From Candidatus Omnitrophota bacterium (lineage in GTDB: Bacteria; Omnitrophota; Omnitrophia; Omnitrophales; Aquincolibacteriaceae), in contig DAOSLF010000003.1 of assembly GCA_035368605.1 (NCBI GenBank), positions 889 to 64,888 of the forward strand: 64,000 bases of DNA, read 5' to 3'. A program made the translations under genes and the position numbers. This document shows positions 28,060 to 36,446 of this stretch, in pieces. Under the pieces are notes generated by a model that did no database searches, was not told the origin of the DNA, and saw only the letters and a list, made by a program, of their open reading frames with translations. Position 1 is the stretch's first letter; every line of letters starts with the position of its first letter.

Positions 28060-28863
28060 TTACATCATTCCGAGAACATGGCCCATATGATAGAGACCCG
28101 TCTTCTTTTTCGCAAGGAATTTTGCCGCCAGAAGCGCGCCCCGGGCCAAAGCTTCGCGGGAAGTAGCCTTGTGGACCAGTTCGACACGCTCCCCATCCCC
28201 GAAAAACGACACCGTATGTTCACCGACCACGTCGCCGCCCCGCATGGCGAATACGCCGATCTTCCCTTGCTGCCGGGCGCCGGTGTCCCCTTCGCGGCCA
28301 CAGACCAGATCCTTCGCCGGGTCCCTGCCTCTTGCATCGGCCAGAATTTCGGCCAGTTTAAGAGCGGTGCCGCTCGGCGCGTCCTTTTTCATCCGGTGGT
28401 GGATTTCCATGATCTCGAGGTCGTAGCTTTCGTCGAGGACCTTGCCCGCGAACGCCGCGAGGCGGAACAGGAGGTTCACCCCCACGCTCATGTTGGGCGA
28501 CTGGACGATCGGTATCTTCTTTGAAGCGAGGGCGATTTTTTTCATCATCCCGGGAGGAATCGCGGTGGTCCCGATCACATACTTCTTCTTCGCCGCGACA
28601 CAGGCCGCAAGGTTATCCGGCAGCGCCGAAAAATGACTGAAATCGATCAGGACATCCGACGTCTTCATGACCGCGACCGGACTGGAATCAATCCGGACAT
28701 TAAGGAGATCGCCGCCGATCAAGGAACCGATATCCATGTCCAGTGTCGCGTGGCCGCGCTGTTCGATGCCGCCCGTGATCCTGAACGCCCTGTCCTTCGC
28801 AGCGAGCTTCAGGATGATCTTTCCCATCCTGCCCGCCGCGCCCGCCACCGCCAATCTGATCAT
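28060..28863 (-). CDS. dapB: 4-hydroxy-tetrahydrodipicolinate reductase
   Basis: MIRLAVAGAAGRMGK... gives full-length DapB similarity. Start set at the internal ATG with a strong AAGGAGAAGGG SD. The ORF-track upstream extension has no support. Confidence 0.9.
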   Translation of the reverse strand: MIRLAVAGAAGRMGKIILKLAAKDRAFRITGGIEQRGHATLDMDIGSLIGGDLLNVRIDSSPVAVMKTSDVLIDFSHFSALPDNLAACVAAKKKYVIGTTAIPPGMMKKIALASKKIPIVQSPNMSVGVNLLFRLAAFAGKVLDESYDLEIMEIHHRMKKDAPSGTALKLAEILADARGRDPAKDLVCGREGDTGARQQGKIGVFAMRGGDVVGEHTVSFFGDGERVELVHKATSREALARGALLAAKFLAKKKTGLYHMGHVLGMM

Positions 28864-28877
28864 ACCCTTCTCCTTAT

Positions 28878-28901
28878 ACCACTCCAACCTACGAGGTTGG
28901 A
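28878..28901. repeat. element A copy 1: 24-nt repeat containing perfect 8-3-8 palindrome TCCAACCT-ACG-AGGTTGGA
   Basis: accactccaacctacgaggttgga is identical to 34999-35022. It lies in the dapA-dapB intercistronic region, directly 5' of the dapB SD on the mRNA. Confidence 0.8.
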
Positions 28902-28907
28902 TTTTGG

Positions 28908-29792
28908 TTAAACGATTTTCAACGTTTTGAGAACTGCCCGCAGTTTCTTCACGTTCTCCGGTTTCATCTCGCAGAGCGGAAGCCGCAGCTCCGGCTTGAT
29001 CATCCCCATCATCCCGAGCGCCGTCTTGGCCGGAATGGGATTCGTCTCGATGAAGACCGCTTTGGAAAGAGGATAGTGTTTCTTGTGGAGTTCCCGCGCC
29101 TTCGCCATATTGCCGTCGAGCGCCGCCCACACCATGTCATGAACGAGCTTCGGCGCGACGTTCGCCGACACCGAGATCACACCCACCGCCCCGGCCGCGA
29201 TCAGCGGGAAGGTCAGGCTGTCCTCGCCCGAAATGACGGGAAGGTCGCAGAGCTGCATGATCTGGTCCGCCTGGTCCATGCTCCCGCTCGCTTCCTTGAT
29301 CGCGACAATATTGTCGATCTTCGAAAGCCGCGCCACGGTCTCAGGCGCGATCGACACTCCGGTACGCCCCGGCACGTTATAAAGGACGATCGGGATGTCA
29401 ACCCGGCCCGCGAGGTATTCGTAGTGGCGGTAGAGACCTTCCTGCGTCGGCTTGTTATAGTACGGCGTCACGATCAGCGCCGCGTCCGCGCCGGTTCGCT
29501 TCGCATGCTGGACAAGGCCGAACGCCTCCGCGGTATTGTTCGACCCGCACCCCGCAATCACGGGGACGCGCCCGTTCACGTAATCGACGACGAACGACAT
29601 TGTGTCACGGTGTTCCTCATGCGACATCGTTGCGGACTCCCCCGTCGTGCCGCAGGGAATGATCACGTCCGTCCCGGCCTTCAGGTGGAAATCGATGAGC
29701 CCCGCCATCGCCTTGCGATCGACCTTACCGCTCCTGAACGGCGTGACAAGCGCAACCATGGAACCCGCGAACCTTATTTTCTTTTTAGCCAT
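28908..29792 (-). CDS. dapA: 4-hydroxy-tetrahydrodipicolinate synthase
   Basis: MAKKKIRFAGSMVALVTPF... has DapA/NAL-family TIM-barrel similarity throughout. Confidence 0.9.
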   Translation of the reverse strand: MAKKKIRFAGSMVALVTPFRSGKVDRKAMAGLIDFHLKAGTDVIIPCGTTGESATMSHEEHRDTMSFVVDYVNGRVPVIAGCGSNNTAEAFGLVQHAKRTGADAALIVTPYYNKPTQEGLYRHYEYLAGRVDIPIVLYNVPGRTGVSIAPETVARLSKIDNIVAIKEASGSMDQADQIMQLCDLPVISGEDSLTFPLIAAGAVGVISVSANVAPKLVHDMVWAALDGNMAKARELHKKHYPLSKAVFIETNPIPAKTALGMMGMIKPELRLPLCEMKPENVKKLRAVLKTLKIV

Positions 29793-29816
29793 GTTCTCTT
29801 CCTTCTCCCTGCCTGA

Positions 29817-30629
29817 TTAAAGAAAATATTCGCCCCGATAGACAACCTGCGCCTTCCCCTGAAGGAAGGCCTTTGTGACGACGGTACCTTTGCGCTCCAG
29901 ATCGATCACAAGCTTCTCGCCGCCCCTCGTGTGGACCGTGACCGGTGTCGCGACATACCCCTTGAGCACGCTCACGACGGAAGAAGCCGTCGATCCCGTC
30001 CCGCACGCGAGCGTCTCGTTCTCGACACCGCGCTCGTACGTCCGGACCATGATCTCGCGCTTGCTCTTCACCTCGACAAAATTCACGTTCGTTCCCGCCG
30101 GCTTGAACTTCGCATGCGTGCGGACTGCCCGTCCGACGGTGGCAACATCGATCTTCCCGAGCCCCTCCACAAAGATCACGATATGCGGGACACCGGTGTC
30201 GACGAACGCGTAGTGGAGCCGGTGGCCGGAGACCTCAAGCATGCCGCTCATCTCAAAAATCCTCGGCTTCACAAGCTGGACCTTCACGTCACCGCTTTGT
30301 CCGACTGCGGCCTCAATGAGTCCGGAGCCCGACTCAAAGATCATCTTTGGGGGCAGTTTGATAACTTCGCGCGCATACAGGGCAATACAACGGAAACCGT
30401 TCCCGCAGGCCGCGGCCTCGGAACCGTCCAGGTTGATGATCCGCATCCTAAAATCCGCCTTCGCGGACTTTTCATAAAGCAGGACGCCGTCCGCGCCCAC
30501 TCCCTGATGAAGCTCGCAGACCCGCTTCGAGAAAGCGGCGGCGTTCTTTACGACCCCCCGTCGGTTGTCCACAACCACGAAATCGTTCCCCGAGGCGACC
30601 ATTTTATAGAAGGGTATTGTTTTTCTCAT
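29817..30629 (-). CDS. dapF: diaminopimelate epimerase
   Basis: ...SGNDFVVVD..., and catalytic Cys motifs (ACGNG, CGTG). Confidence 0.9.
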   Translation of the reverse strand: MRKTIPFYKMVASGNDFVVVDNRRGVVKNAAAFSKRVCELHQGVGADGVLLYEKSAKADFRMRIINLDGSEAAACGNGFRCIALYAREVIKLPPKMIFESGSGLIEAAVGQSGDVKVQLVKPRIFEMSGMLEVSGHRLHYAFVDTGVPHIVIFVEGLGKIDVATVGRAVRTHAKFKPAGTNVNFVEVKSKREIMVRTYERGVENETLACGTGSTASSVVSVLKGYVATPVTVHTRGGEKLVIDLERKGTVVTKAFLQGKAQVVYRGEYFL

Positions 30630-30788
30630 GATAACGTCTTGATAAACCTGCGGTTAGGCGGGCGTATTCTATCAAATCCCCCCCGGGAATCCAAAAGGAT
30701 TGATTGGAAAGGAGCCGGGGAACCGCACGAAGAGTTTTGCGGCCTCTTTCCGGGCCCCCGGATCAAAACTTCGCGAAGGCGGGACAAA

Positions 30789-31013
30789 TCAGGTCTGATT
30801 GTCGCTTTCGGGATTCGTTTTATCGAGTTTCTTGCACACGTCCCTCTTACAGATGCATCCCGTCAACTCCTTCACAATGACGGCCACACCTAGCACGGTC
30901 AGGGCAATCGGGGCCCAGGAGACATTCCACCAGGCGAACACGATCACAAGCACTCCGGCGAGCGCGGAACAGCAACAACACGGACTCTTGTGACTTTCTT
31001 TCTTTTTTTCCAT
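30789..31013 (-). CDS. small (74 aa) cysteine-rich membrane protein, hypothetical
   Basis: Internal ATG with a strong SD (AAAGGGAGGGG). MEKKKESHKSPCCCCSALAGVLVIVFAWWNVSWAPIALTVLGVAVIVKELTGCICKRDVC... has a CCCC motif plus two predicted TM helices. Confidence 0.55.
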   Translation of the reverse strand: MEKKKESHKSPCCCCSALAGVLVIVFAWWNVSWAPIALTVLGVAVIVKELTGCICKRDVCKKLDKTNPESDNQT

Positions 31014-31202
31014 GACCCCCTCCCTTTCTCGGTTAAGCGGCTCAGGCCGGCATCGTCTCACTCATGTTCATGCCGCCCCCTTTCACTTTTATCCACGGGC
31101 ATTCCTTCTGTTGTTTCATTTCTTTCCACTGCTCGGCCGTTGGGATGGCCTTGCGTTCGGCGTCCTTATGGATCGCAATCCACTTGGCCTGCGCCTTGAG
31201 AA

Positions 31203-31245
31203 ATGGGGTCAGTCACCATTTCCCTGAAATGGTGACTGACCCCAT
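31203..31245. repeat. element B copy 1: 43-nt perfect hairpin (19-bp stem, loop CCCTG); terminator-like, 8 nt past the decarboxylase stop
   Basis: atggggtcagtcaccattt-ccctg-aaatggtgactgaccccat, followed by a U-rich tract on both strands. Near-identical to 46915-46957. Confidence 0.8.
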
Positions 31246-31252
31246 TATTTAT

Positions 31253-32434
31253 TTATACGAGAATGACCTTGGCAGGTTCGAAGCCGTTGAAATTGGGGAC
31301 AGCGCTCGCGCAGGAGTAGGCGCCGATATTCTTGACGTAAACAACATCCCCGACGAACAACTCGGGGAACTCTTCGTTCGATGTGAGGATATCAAGCGAA
31401 TCGCAGGTCGGGCCCGCGATCACGCTCATGGTCTTCTGCCCGCGTCGCAAGGTCTTGAACTCGTACTTGCAGTGATCGAACATCATCCCTGAAAAATCCT
31501 GGTAGATGCCATCATTGATGTAGTAGAAGTTCTTGTTGTCGCGGAAGGCCTTCCCCACCACCTGCGTCACGAGCACGCCGGAGGGACCCGCGAAAAACCG
31601 CCCCGGCTCGGCGATAAAATGAGTGGATTTCGGAAAGAGCTCCTTCATCTGCTTGCGGATCTGCGCGGCCATCCGCTCAAAGTTGATGCCGATCTCGTTT
31701 TCAAAGTGAGGTATCGGGAACCCGCCTCCGATATCGACGATCGAAAGCGGCATGCCGTTCTCTTTGGCCTCCCTGAAAATCCCGGCCGTGAGCTCGAGCG
31801 CCTGCAAATAATTTTCGACGTTCGTCGACTGCGAACCGACGTGAAAGCTCACGCCTTTCGGCACGAGCCCGAGGCTTTTCGCCTTCCGCAAGAGACAAAA
31901 CCCCTGGTCCGGTTCCGCGCCGAACTTAAGCGACAGCTGGACGACCGAGCCGCGGTTCTCGACGCGGATCCTCAAGATCACGTGCGCTCCGGGGAAACTC
32001 TCCGCGATCTTGTAAAGCTCGGCTTCGTTGTCGAAGGTCATGAGCCGGACGCGGCGCTTGCGGGCGGTGACGATATCCTCTTTCGACTTGATCGTATTCG
32101 CGAAGATGATGTGGCTCGGTTTCGCGCCCTGCTTGAGGACGAGTTTCATCTCGGCCGCGCTCGCGACGTCGAAGCAGGCCCCGAGCTTCGCGAAATATTT
32201 GACGATCCGCGGATGCGGATTGGCCTTGATCGCGTAATAAGGCGTCACTTCCGGCAGGGCCTTTCGAAAGCGGTTGAACTGCTTCTCGAGGACACTCTTG
32301 CGGATCAAGAGAAAGGGCGTCTTATGCTTTTTCAGCATTTGCCGGATCAGATTCTCGATACCCGAGGACTCCGTCGGCCTGACCGCCTTGTTTAAAAACG
32401 AAATGCTCCCACTCTCAAGAAGGGGCTGTTTCAT
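31253..32434 (-). CDS. PLP-dependent fold-III decarboxylase (ornithine/lysine decarboxylase-like)
   Basis: 393 aa. YAIKANP (PLP-lysine region), FHVGSQ, GGGFP, EPGRF and GPTCDSLD motifs are characteristic of eukaryotic-type ODC/DapDC-family enzymes. The GPTCD active-site Cys is ODC-like. The ATG lies 6 nt after the hss stop. Confidence 0.8.
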   Translation of the reverse strand: MKQPLLESGSISFLNKAVRPTESSGIENLIRQMLKKHKTPFLLIRKSVLEKQFNRFRKALPEVTPYYAIKANPHPRIVKYFAKLGACFDVASAAEMKLVLKQGAKPSHIIFANTIKSKEDIVTARKRRVRLMTFDNEAELYKIAESFPGAHVILRIRVENRGSVVQLSLKFGAEPDQGFCLLRKAKSLGLVPKGVSFHVGSQSTNVENYLQALELTAGIFREAKENGMPLSIVDIGGGFPIPHFENEIGINFERMAAQIRKQMKELFPKSTHFIAEPGRFFAGPSGVLVTQVVGKAFRDNKNFYYINDGIYQDFSGMMFDHCKYEFKTLRRGQKTMSVIAGPTCDSLDILTSNEEFPELFVGDVVYVKNIGAYSCASAVPNFNGFEPAKVILV

Positions 32435-32440
32435 TCCGGA

Positions 32441-33943
32441 TCAACCCCTGTCGTCCACGAGGAAGGAGTTGAACTGCCAAAGCTCGTCCTTTTTCGGCGC
32501 CTTGGCCCCGAACCTCAGGTACTTCGTGTTGAGATTCTGAAGCGGCGTCCAGTCCGAGGGGATCGAAACGAACGGGACGATGTAAGGGGTCGCGAACTTC
32601 AGGATGAACTCGTGATCGATATCATCCGGGAGCAGAAAACCCTTGCGCGGATTGTCGATCATCCAGAGCGCCGCGGCGACCACGGAGACCGCCACCTGGA
32701 GAGTCGTCGCCTGCTGGTGCGCGACCAGTTTGCGCGTCGTGTGGATGTCGAGAAGCGAACCGCACCACCAGGACGTGAAATCATGTCCCATCAGGAGCAC
32801 ACCGAGCTCGTCGCGACCGTCAATGATATCGTCCGAAAGGATGCGCTGGTCCTCGTGCAGCTTGTACTGGCGCATCCGGAGCTCCTGCATCGAAAGGACC
32901 GCGGAATCGCAGGGGCAGTACGCGTAATGCACGGTCGGGCGGTACACGGCCTTGCCGTTCTTCCATACCGTGAGACGGTCGGAGATCGAAAACGCCTCGC
33001 CGTGGCGGATCACCATGCCGTTGATCTCCCCACAGGGCACCCACGAACGAACAAACGTGTTCATGCCAAGCGTGCCGAGGCAAATCTGGTTCTTCGGCCC
33101 CGTCCTGTGCTCATAGCCGTCCCTGGGAAGTTTCTTCTCGTGAGTCCCCCAGCCGAGTTCGGCCGGCGCGACACCCTCCTCATAGAACCCTTCGATCGAC
33201 CAGGTGTTCACGAACTCGTTGACGCGTTTCGGAACGTCCGTGACCTGCGTGTCTCGTTCGCTGATATGGATAACCTTGACGCCTGTTGTCTGCGCGAGCT
33301 TCGCGAAGTTCTTCCCGGCAAGAAAGCGCTCGAGGTTCTTCGCGCGCGGATCCCGCGGCTTTTCCTTCAGAATCTTCTTCGCGATATCGATCAGGGCCTT
33401 CTTTGTGAAATGGGACACAAGGCCGGGATTCGCGCCGTGGTCGACGATCGAAGTCGCGCCCTTCTCGTCGCCCCACTTCTCCTTCATGAGCTTGCGAAGC
33501 TTCATGTGGCGATAGTAGAGCGTGTATTGGGTCGGGTCAGTTCGCTTGTCGTCACGGTAAGGGTCCCATTCCTCGATCGAGGTGTTGACATAGAGGATGT
33601 TGTTTGCGCGACACCAGTCGAGGATCTCCCATGCGTCGATATTCCAGGCGAGGTCGATGATCATATCGCCGCACCCGACGTATTTCGCAAGAAGCTTCCT
33701 GTAATTGTCCCTCGTGACGCGATCGAAGACGTAGCGGACGCCTTTCTTCAGCGCGTCTTTTACACGGTGGCGGTTGTCGACGAAGTCCATAATCGTGATG
33801 TTCTTCGCGGGCATGTCGAAGTGACGCAGGATCAGCGGTGTCGCACATTGCGACACACCCCCGCACCCGATAATCAAGACCTTTCCGTTGAACTTCACGC
33901 GGGTCTCGGGGATGCTGGCTTTGACCTTAGGGTATTTGAACAC
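32441..33943 (-). CDS. hss: homospermidine synthase
   Basis: 500 aa. N-terminal NAD-binding GKVLIIGCGGVSQ, then VFVNTWSIEGF, AELGWGTHE, VRSW, AVYRPTVHYAYCPCDSAVLS, DELGVLLMGH, TGLQV, DWTPL and ELWQFNSFLVDD. All match, from memory, conserved blocks of characterised bacterial homospermidine synthase. GTG start with GGAGGG SD. Confidence 0.8.
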   Translation of the reverse strand: MFKYPKVKASIPETRVKFNGKVLIIGCGGVSQCATPLILRHFDMPAKNITIMDFVDNRHRVKDALKKGVRYVFDRVTRDNYRKLLAKYVGCGDMIIDLAWNIDAWEILDWCRANNILYVNTSIEEWDPYRDDKRTDPTQYTLYYRHMKLRKLMKEKWGDEKGATSIVDHGANPGLVSHFTKKALIDIAKKILKEKPRDPRAKNLERFLAGKNFAKLAQTTGVKVIHISERDTQVTDVPKRVNEFVNTWSIEGFYEEGVAPAELGWGTHEKKLPRDGYEHRTGPKNQICLGTLGMNTFVRSWVPCGEINGMVIRHGEAFSISDRLTVWKNGKAVYRPTVHYAYCPCDSAVLSMQELRMRQYKLHEDQRILSDDIIDGRDELGVLLMGHDFTSWWCGSLLDIHTTRKLVAHQQATTLQVAVSVVAAALWMIDNPRKGFLLPDDIDHEFILKFATPYIVPFVSIPSDWTPLQNLNTKYLRFGAKAPKKDELWQFNSFLVDDRG

Positions 33944-34018
33944 GATCGCTCACCCTCCATTGTTTGAAATTTGACAATAACCGTCACAAAAAACTTTTTC
34001 CCGTGAATCGGAAACCGG

Positions 34019-34047
34019 ATATTACATCATATCGTTTTCTGCATCAA
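34019..34047 (-). promoter_or_regulatory. putative sigma70 promoter of hss-decarboxylase operon (TTGATG-17-TAATAT)
   Basis: The minus strand reads TTGATGcagaaaacgatatgatgTAATAT about 75 nt upstream of the hss GTG. Confidence 0.45.
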
Positions 34048-34191
34048 CCACTAAACCCCGAAAAAACATATTTTTTTAAAAATTCCCCGCCGAAGGCCGA
34101 GAGCCAGGCCTTCAGCCCCAAGCCGCCATTGCGCCTTGACGGAAGCGGGCTTTACGTGGAGAATCTTCCCGCTGTCCAAAAAGGAGCCTTT

Positions 34192-34527
34192 ATGAAAAAA
34201 ATTCTTTGCGCGTTCCTCGCCCTTTCTGTTCTGACATCCGCGACGCCGGTCTTCGCGAATTTCGACAATTTTCAGAAGAGCCCCTGGACCGAAGAGAAGA
34301 CCTATGTCGATAAATCGGTCGGCAAGCTCGCCTTCGGTCTCACGAACATCACAGCCGGCTGGACGGCCCTCTTCTTCGAAACCGCGAAACACGGCAACAT
34401 CTTCGCGGGCATCGCAAAGGGTGTCTGGCGCACCGGGACCAACACCGTGGGCGGCGTTCTCCATGCGGCTACCTTCCCCGTCGCGGTGGATATCCCCCTT
34501 CCTGACGGAGGCGTGAAATTCGAATGA
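34192..34527 (+). CDS. small secreted protein, paralog A (111 aa), K-L-A-F-G-L-x-N-x-x-x-G-W motif family
   Basis: ATG with AAAGGAG SD. Signal peptide MKKILCAFLALSVLTSATPVFA. Shares GKLAFGLTNITAGWTALFFE with the downstream paralog. The stop overlaps the next start (ATGA). Confidence 0.65.
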   Translation: MKKILCAFLALSVLTSATPVFANFDNFQKSPWTEEKTYVDKSVGKLAFGLTNITAGWTALFFETAKHGNIFAGIAKGVWRTGTNTVGGVLHAATFPVAVDIPLPDGGVKFE

Positions 34528-35135
34528 AACGCTTCCTCGCGCTCGCCCTTCTATTGATGATCGCTCTCGCTCCCTCCGCGGTCGCAACGCCATGGGCCGA
34601 AAAGGAAGGTTACGGCGAAAAGACCAAAGGGAAGCTTGCGTTCGGTCTCCGCAACACGTTCCTCGGCTGGACCGAAATGTTCTCGGAGCCGAAGCGCTAC
34701 AAGTTCGACCTCAAGAAGAGCGAATGGGAAGGGTTCTGCATGGGAATCTCGAAGTTCGTCTTTTACACGGCGGACGGTCTGATCCAGCTCGCGACCTTTC
34801 CCATTCCCGTCGACTTCCCCGACTTCGGGGAGGGAGCGGTCCCGGACCTCGGAAAGAAAAAGGAAGGGCCGCCGAAACCGTGGGAGGTTCACGGAAAATC
34901 AAGGTACAGCGTAATTCCCGCCTCGGAAGTCCCGGCCACGATCCGCGTCACCAAAGCGAAGTCACCCGCTCCCGTTCCGCCGCCGATCCAGACTCCCCCG
35001 ACCACTCCAACCTACGAGGTTGGAATGGTTCCCACGACTTCTCTAGCGGAAACCGCGGCCCAGGATACTTCCGGGGTTCCCGAACCGCCGACTCTTGTCG
35101 CGACGCCGGTCCCCGACCTGCCCTACTCGAAATAA
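34524..35135 (+). CDS. small secreted protein, paralog B (203 aa) with Pro/Thr-rich C-terminal tail
   Basis: Signal peptide MKRFLALALLLMIALAPSAVA. GKLAFGLRNTFLGWTEMFSE is paralogous to gene A. Low-complexity PT-rich tail. Element A copy 2 lies inside the tail-coding region. Confidence 0.6.
   Translation: MKRFLALALLLMIALAPSAVATPWAEKEGYGEKTKGKLAFGLRNTFLGWTEMFSEPKRYKFDLKKSEWEGFCMGISKFVFYTADGLIQLATFPIPVDFPDFGEGAVPDLGKKKEGPPKPWEVHGKSRYSVIPASEVPATIRVTKAKSPAPVPPPIQTPPTTPTYEVGMVPTTSLAETAAQDTSGVPEPPTLVATPVPDLPYSK
34999..35022. repeat. element A copy 2 (identical 24-mer with 8-3-8 palindrome), inside coding sequence of paralog B
   Basis: accactccaacctacgaggttgga, identical to 28878-28901. Translated in-frame as PTTPTYEVG. 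Confidence 0.8.
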
Positions 35136-35412
35136 AAACCGCACCCGGGGTTACCCGTTGCGGCGTTTGACTCACGAATCCTGTTCAGCTTCGGACCTGA
35201 TACTCGCGGGCGGAATTCCCTTCGCATTCCACAAAGGCATGCTTCAAGCATTCTCGATCACAACCTGGCAACAACCCTCCGATCCCCGATCCTCCGCCCG
35301 CGCGTGAACATACCCCGAGAAGACCAGGTCAGGGATCAGCACAGGCAGGAAAAAGCTCTGCGGGGACCGTTTGCACCGCATCACACCGATGCGATGTTCG
35401 CTCTTTTCCCTA

Positions 35413-36237
35413 TTACTCCGCCGCCAGAAATCCGTGGACGATGTTGACGAACACCTCGCGCTCTTCCATATGGATCGAGTGGGCCACGGCGGGGATGCAC
35501 CGGTAAACGCTGCCAGGGATCATCTTCGAAAGCGCCTCCGCTTCTTCCGGAAGGATCAGCACGTCCTCCCCGCCCTCGAGAACAAGCGTCCGGGCCTTGA
35601 TCCCTCCGAGACGCCCGCGTGCGTCGAACGAAGCGACCGCGTCAATCTGCCCCTTGAATCCGGGAAGCTGCTGCCGGTAACGATCGCGGATGCCCCGTTT
35701 CACGAGCGCCGCAACGAAACTTTCCCGGGAAAGAACGCTCGGCGAAAAAAGCCAGCGGGTCCATTCGCGGAGCCACGCCTCGAGATCCCCCCCCTGCGCA
35801 AGGTCCCTGTAAAATTTCAGGAAAAGCTCGTTGTTCCTCCCGGAAGAAACGGCCGCGGTGCTCGACAGGACGAGCCGGTCGACGCGCTCCGGATACCGGA
35901 TCGCAAGCTCCTGGGCAATAAAACCTCCGAGGGAATGACCCAGAACATGCGCCCGCCCGACCTTGAAATGATCGAGCACCCGCAGGACGTCCTCCGCCAT
36001 TTCGATGACGCTGTACGGCTTTCCCGGAATCGAACTGCGCCCCGCGCCCCGGTTGTCGAGCGTCAGGATGCGGTACTGCTTCGGAAGTCTCGCGATCACC
36101 CCGTTCCAGTTCGAGCTGTCGGTCCCAAGCCCCGCGATCAAAAGAAGCGGCGCCCCCTCCCCGCGCGACTCGCAGTAGATCGCGACCTCGCCCGGAAGTT
36201 TCTCCCCCTTATGCGTTCGTCGTTCGTGAGTGGTCAT
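35413..36237 (-). CDS. alpha/beta-fold hydrolase
   Basis: GHSLGG nucleophile elbow (GxSxG), ...LLLIAGLG... and a C-terminal His region. Start chosen at the ATG (MTTHERR). The ORF-track start at 36291 is TTG. Confidence 0.7.
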   Translation of the reverse strand: MTTHERRTHKGEKLPGEVAIYCESRGEGAPLLLIAGLGTDSSNWNGVIARLPKQYRILTLDNRGAGRSSIPGKPYSVIEMAEDVLRVLDHFKVGRAHVLGHSLGGFIAQELAIRYPERVDRLVLSSTAAVSSGRNNELFLKFYRDLAQGGDLEAWLREWTRWLFSPSVLSRESFVAALVKRGIRDRYRQQLPGFKGQIDAVASFDARGRLGGIKARTLVLEGGEDVLILPEEAEALSKMIPGSVYRCIPAVAHSIHMEEREVFVNIVHGFLAAE

Positions 36238-36446
36238 GGGTTTCACAGTCTGTCTTTTAGACTCTAGTCCCGCTAATTCCCGGTCGATCAAGTTCGTTTT
36301 TCAACAAAAACAATCCTGTTTTTGGAAAAATCCCGGATCAATGGCTAACAACCAGTTTCTGCCGGAAAACCACAAAGAATATCTACTATGGTTTCAACAA
36401 AAAAGGCCGTGCCGAAACGCCGGCACGGCCCCGATTTTCAAAAACC

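Noticed and set aside
31040-31125. Short minus-strand ORF (about 25 aa, MKQQKECPWIKVKGGGMNMSETMPA) in the leader of the Cys-rich small protein gene
   Set aside because: Weak SD, no conservation evidence and below any reasonable length threshold. It could equally be untranslated 5'UTR. Not called.
34130-34191. Specific -35/-10 assignment for the promoter of secreted paralog A
   Set aside because: Candidates (such as TTGACG-17-GAGAAT) have poor -10 hexamers, so the assignment is not defensible without TSS data.
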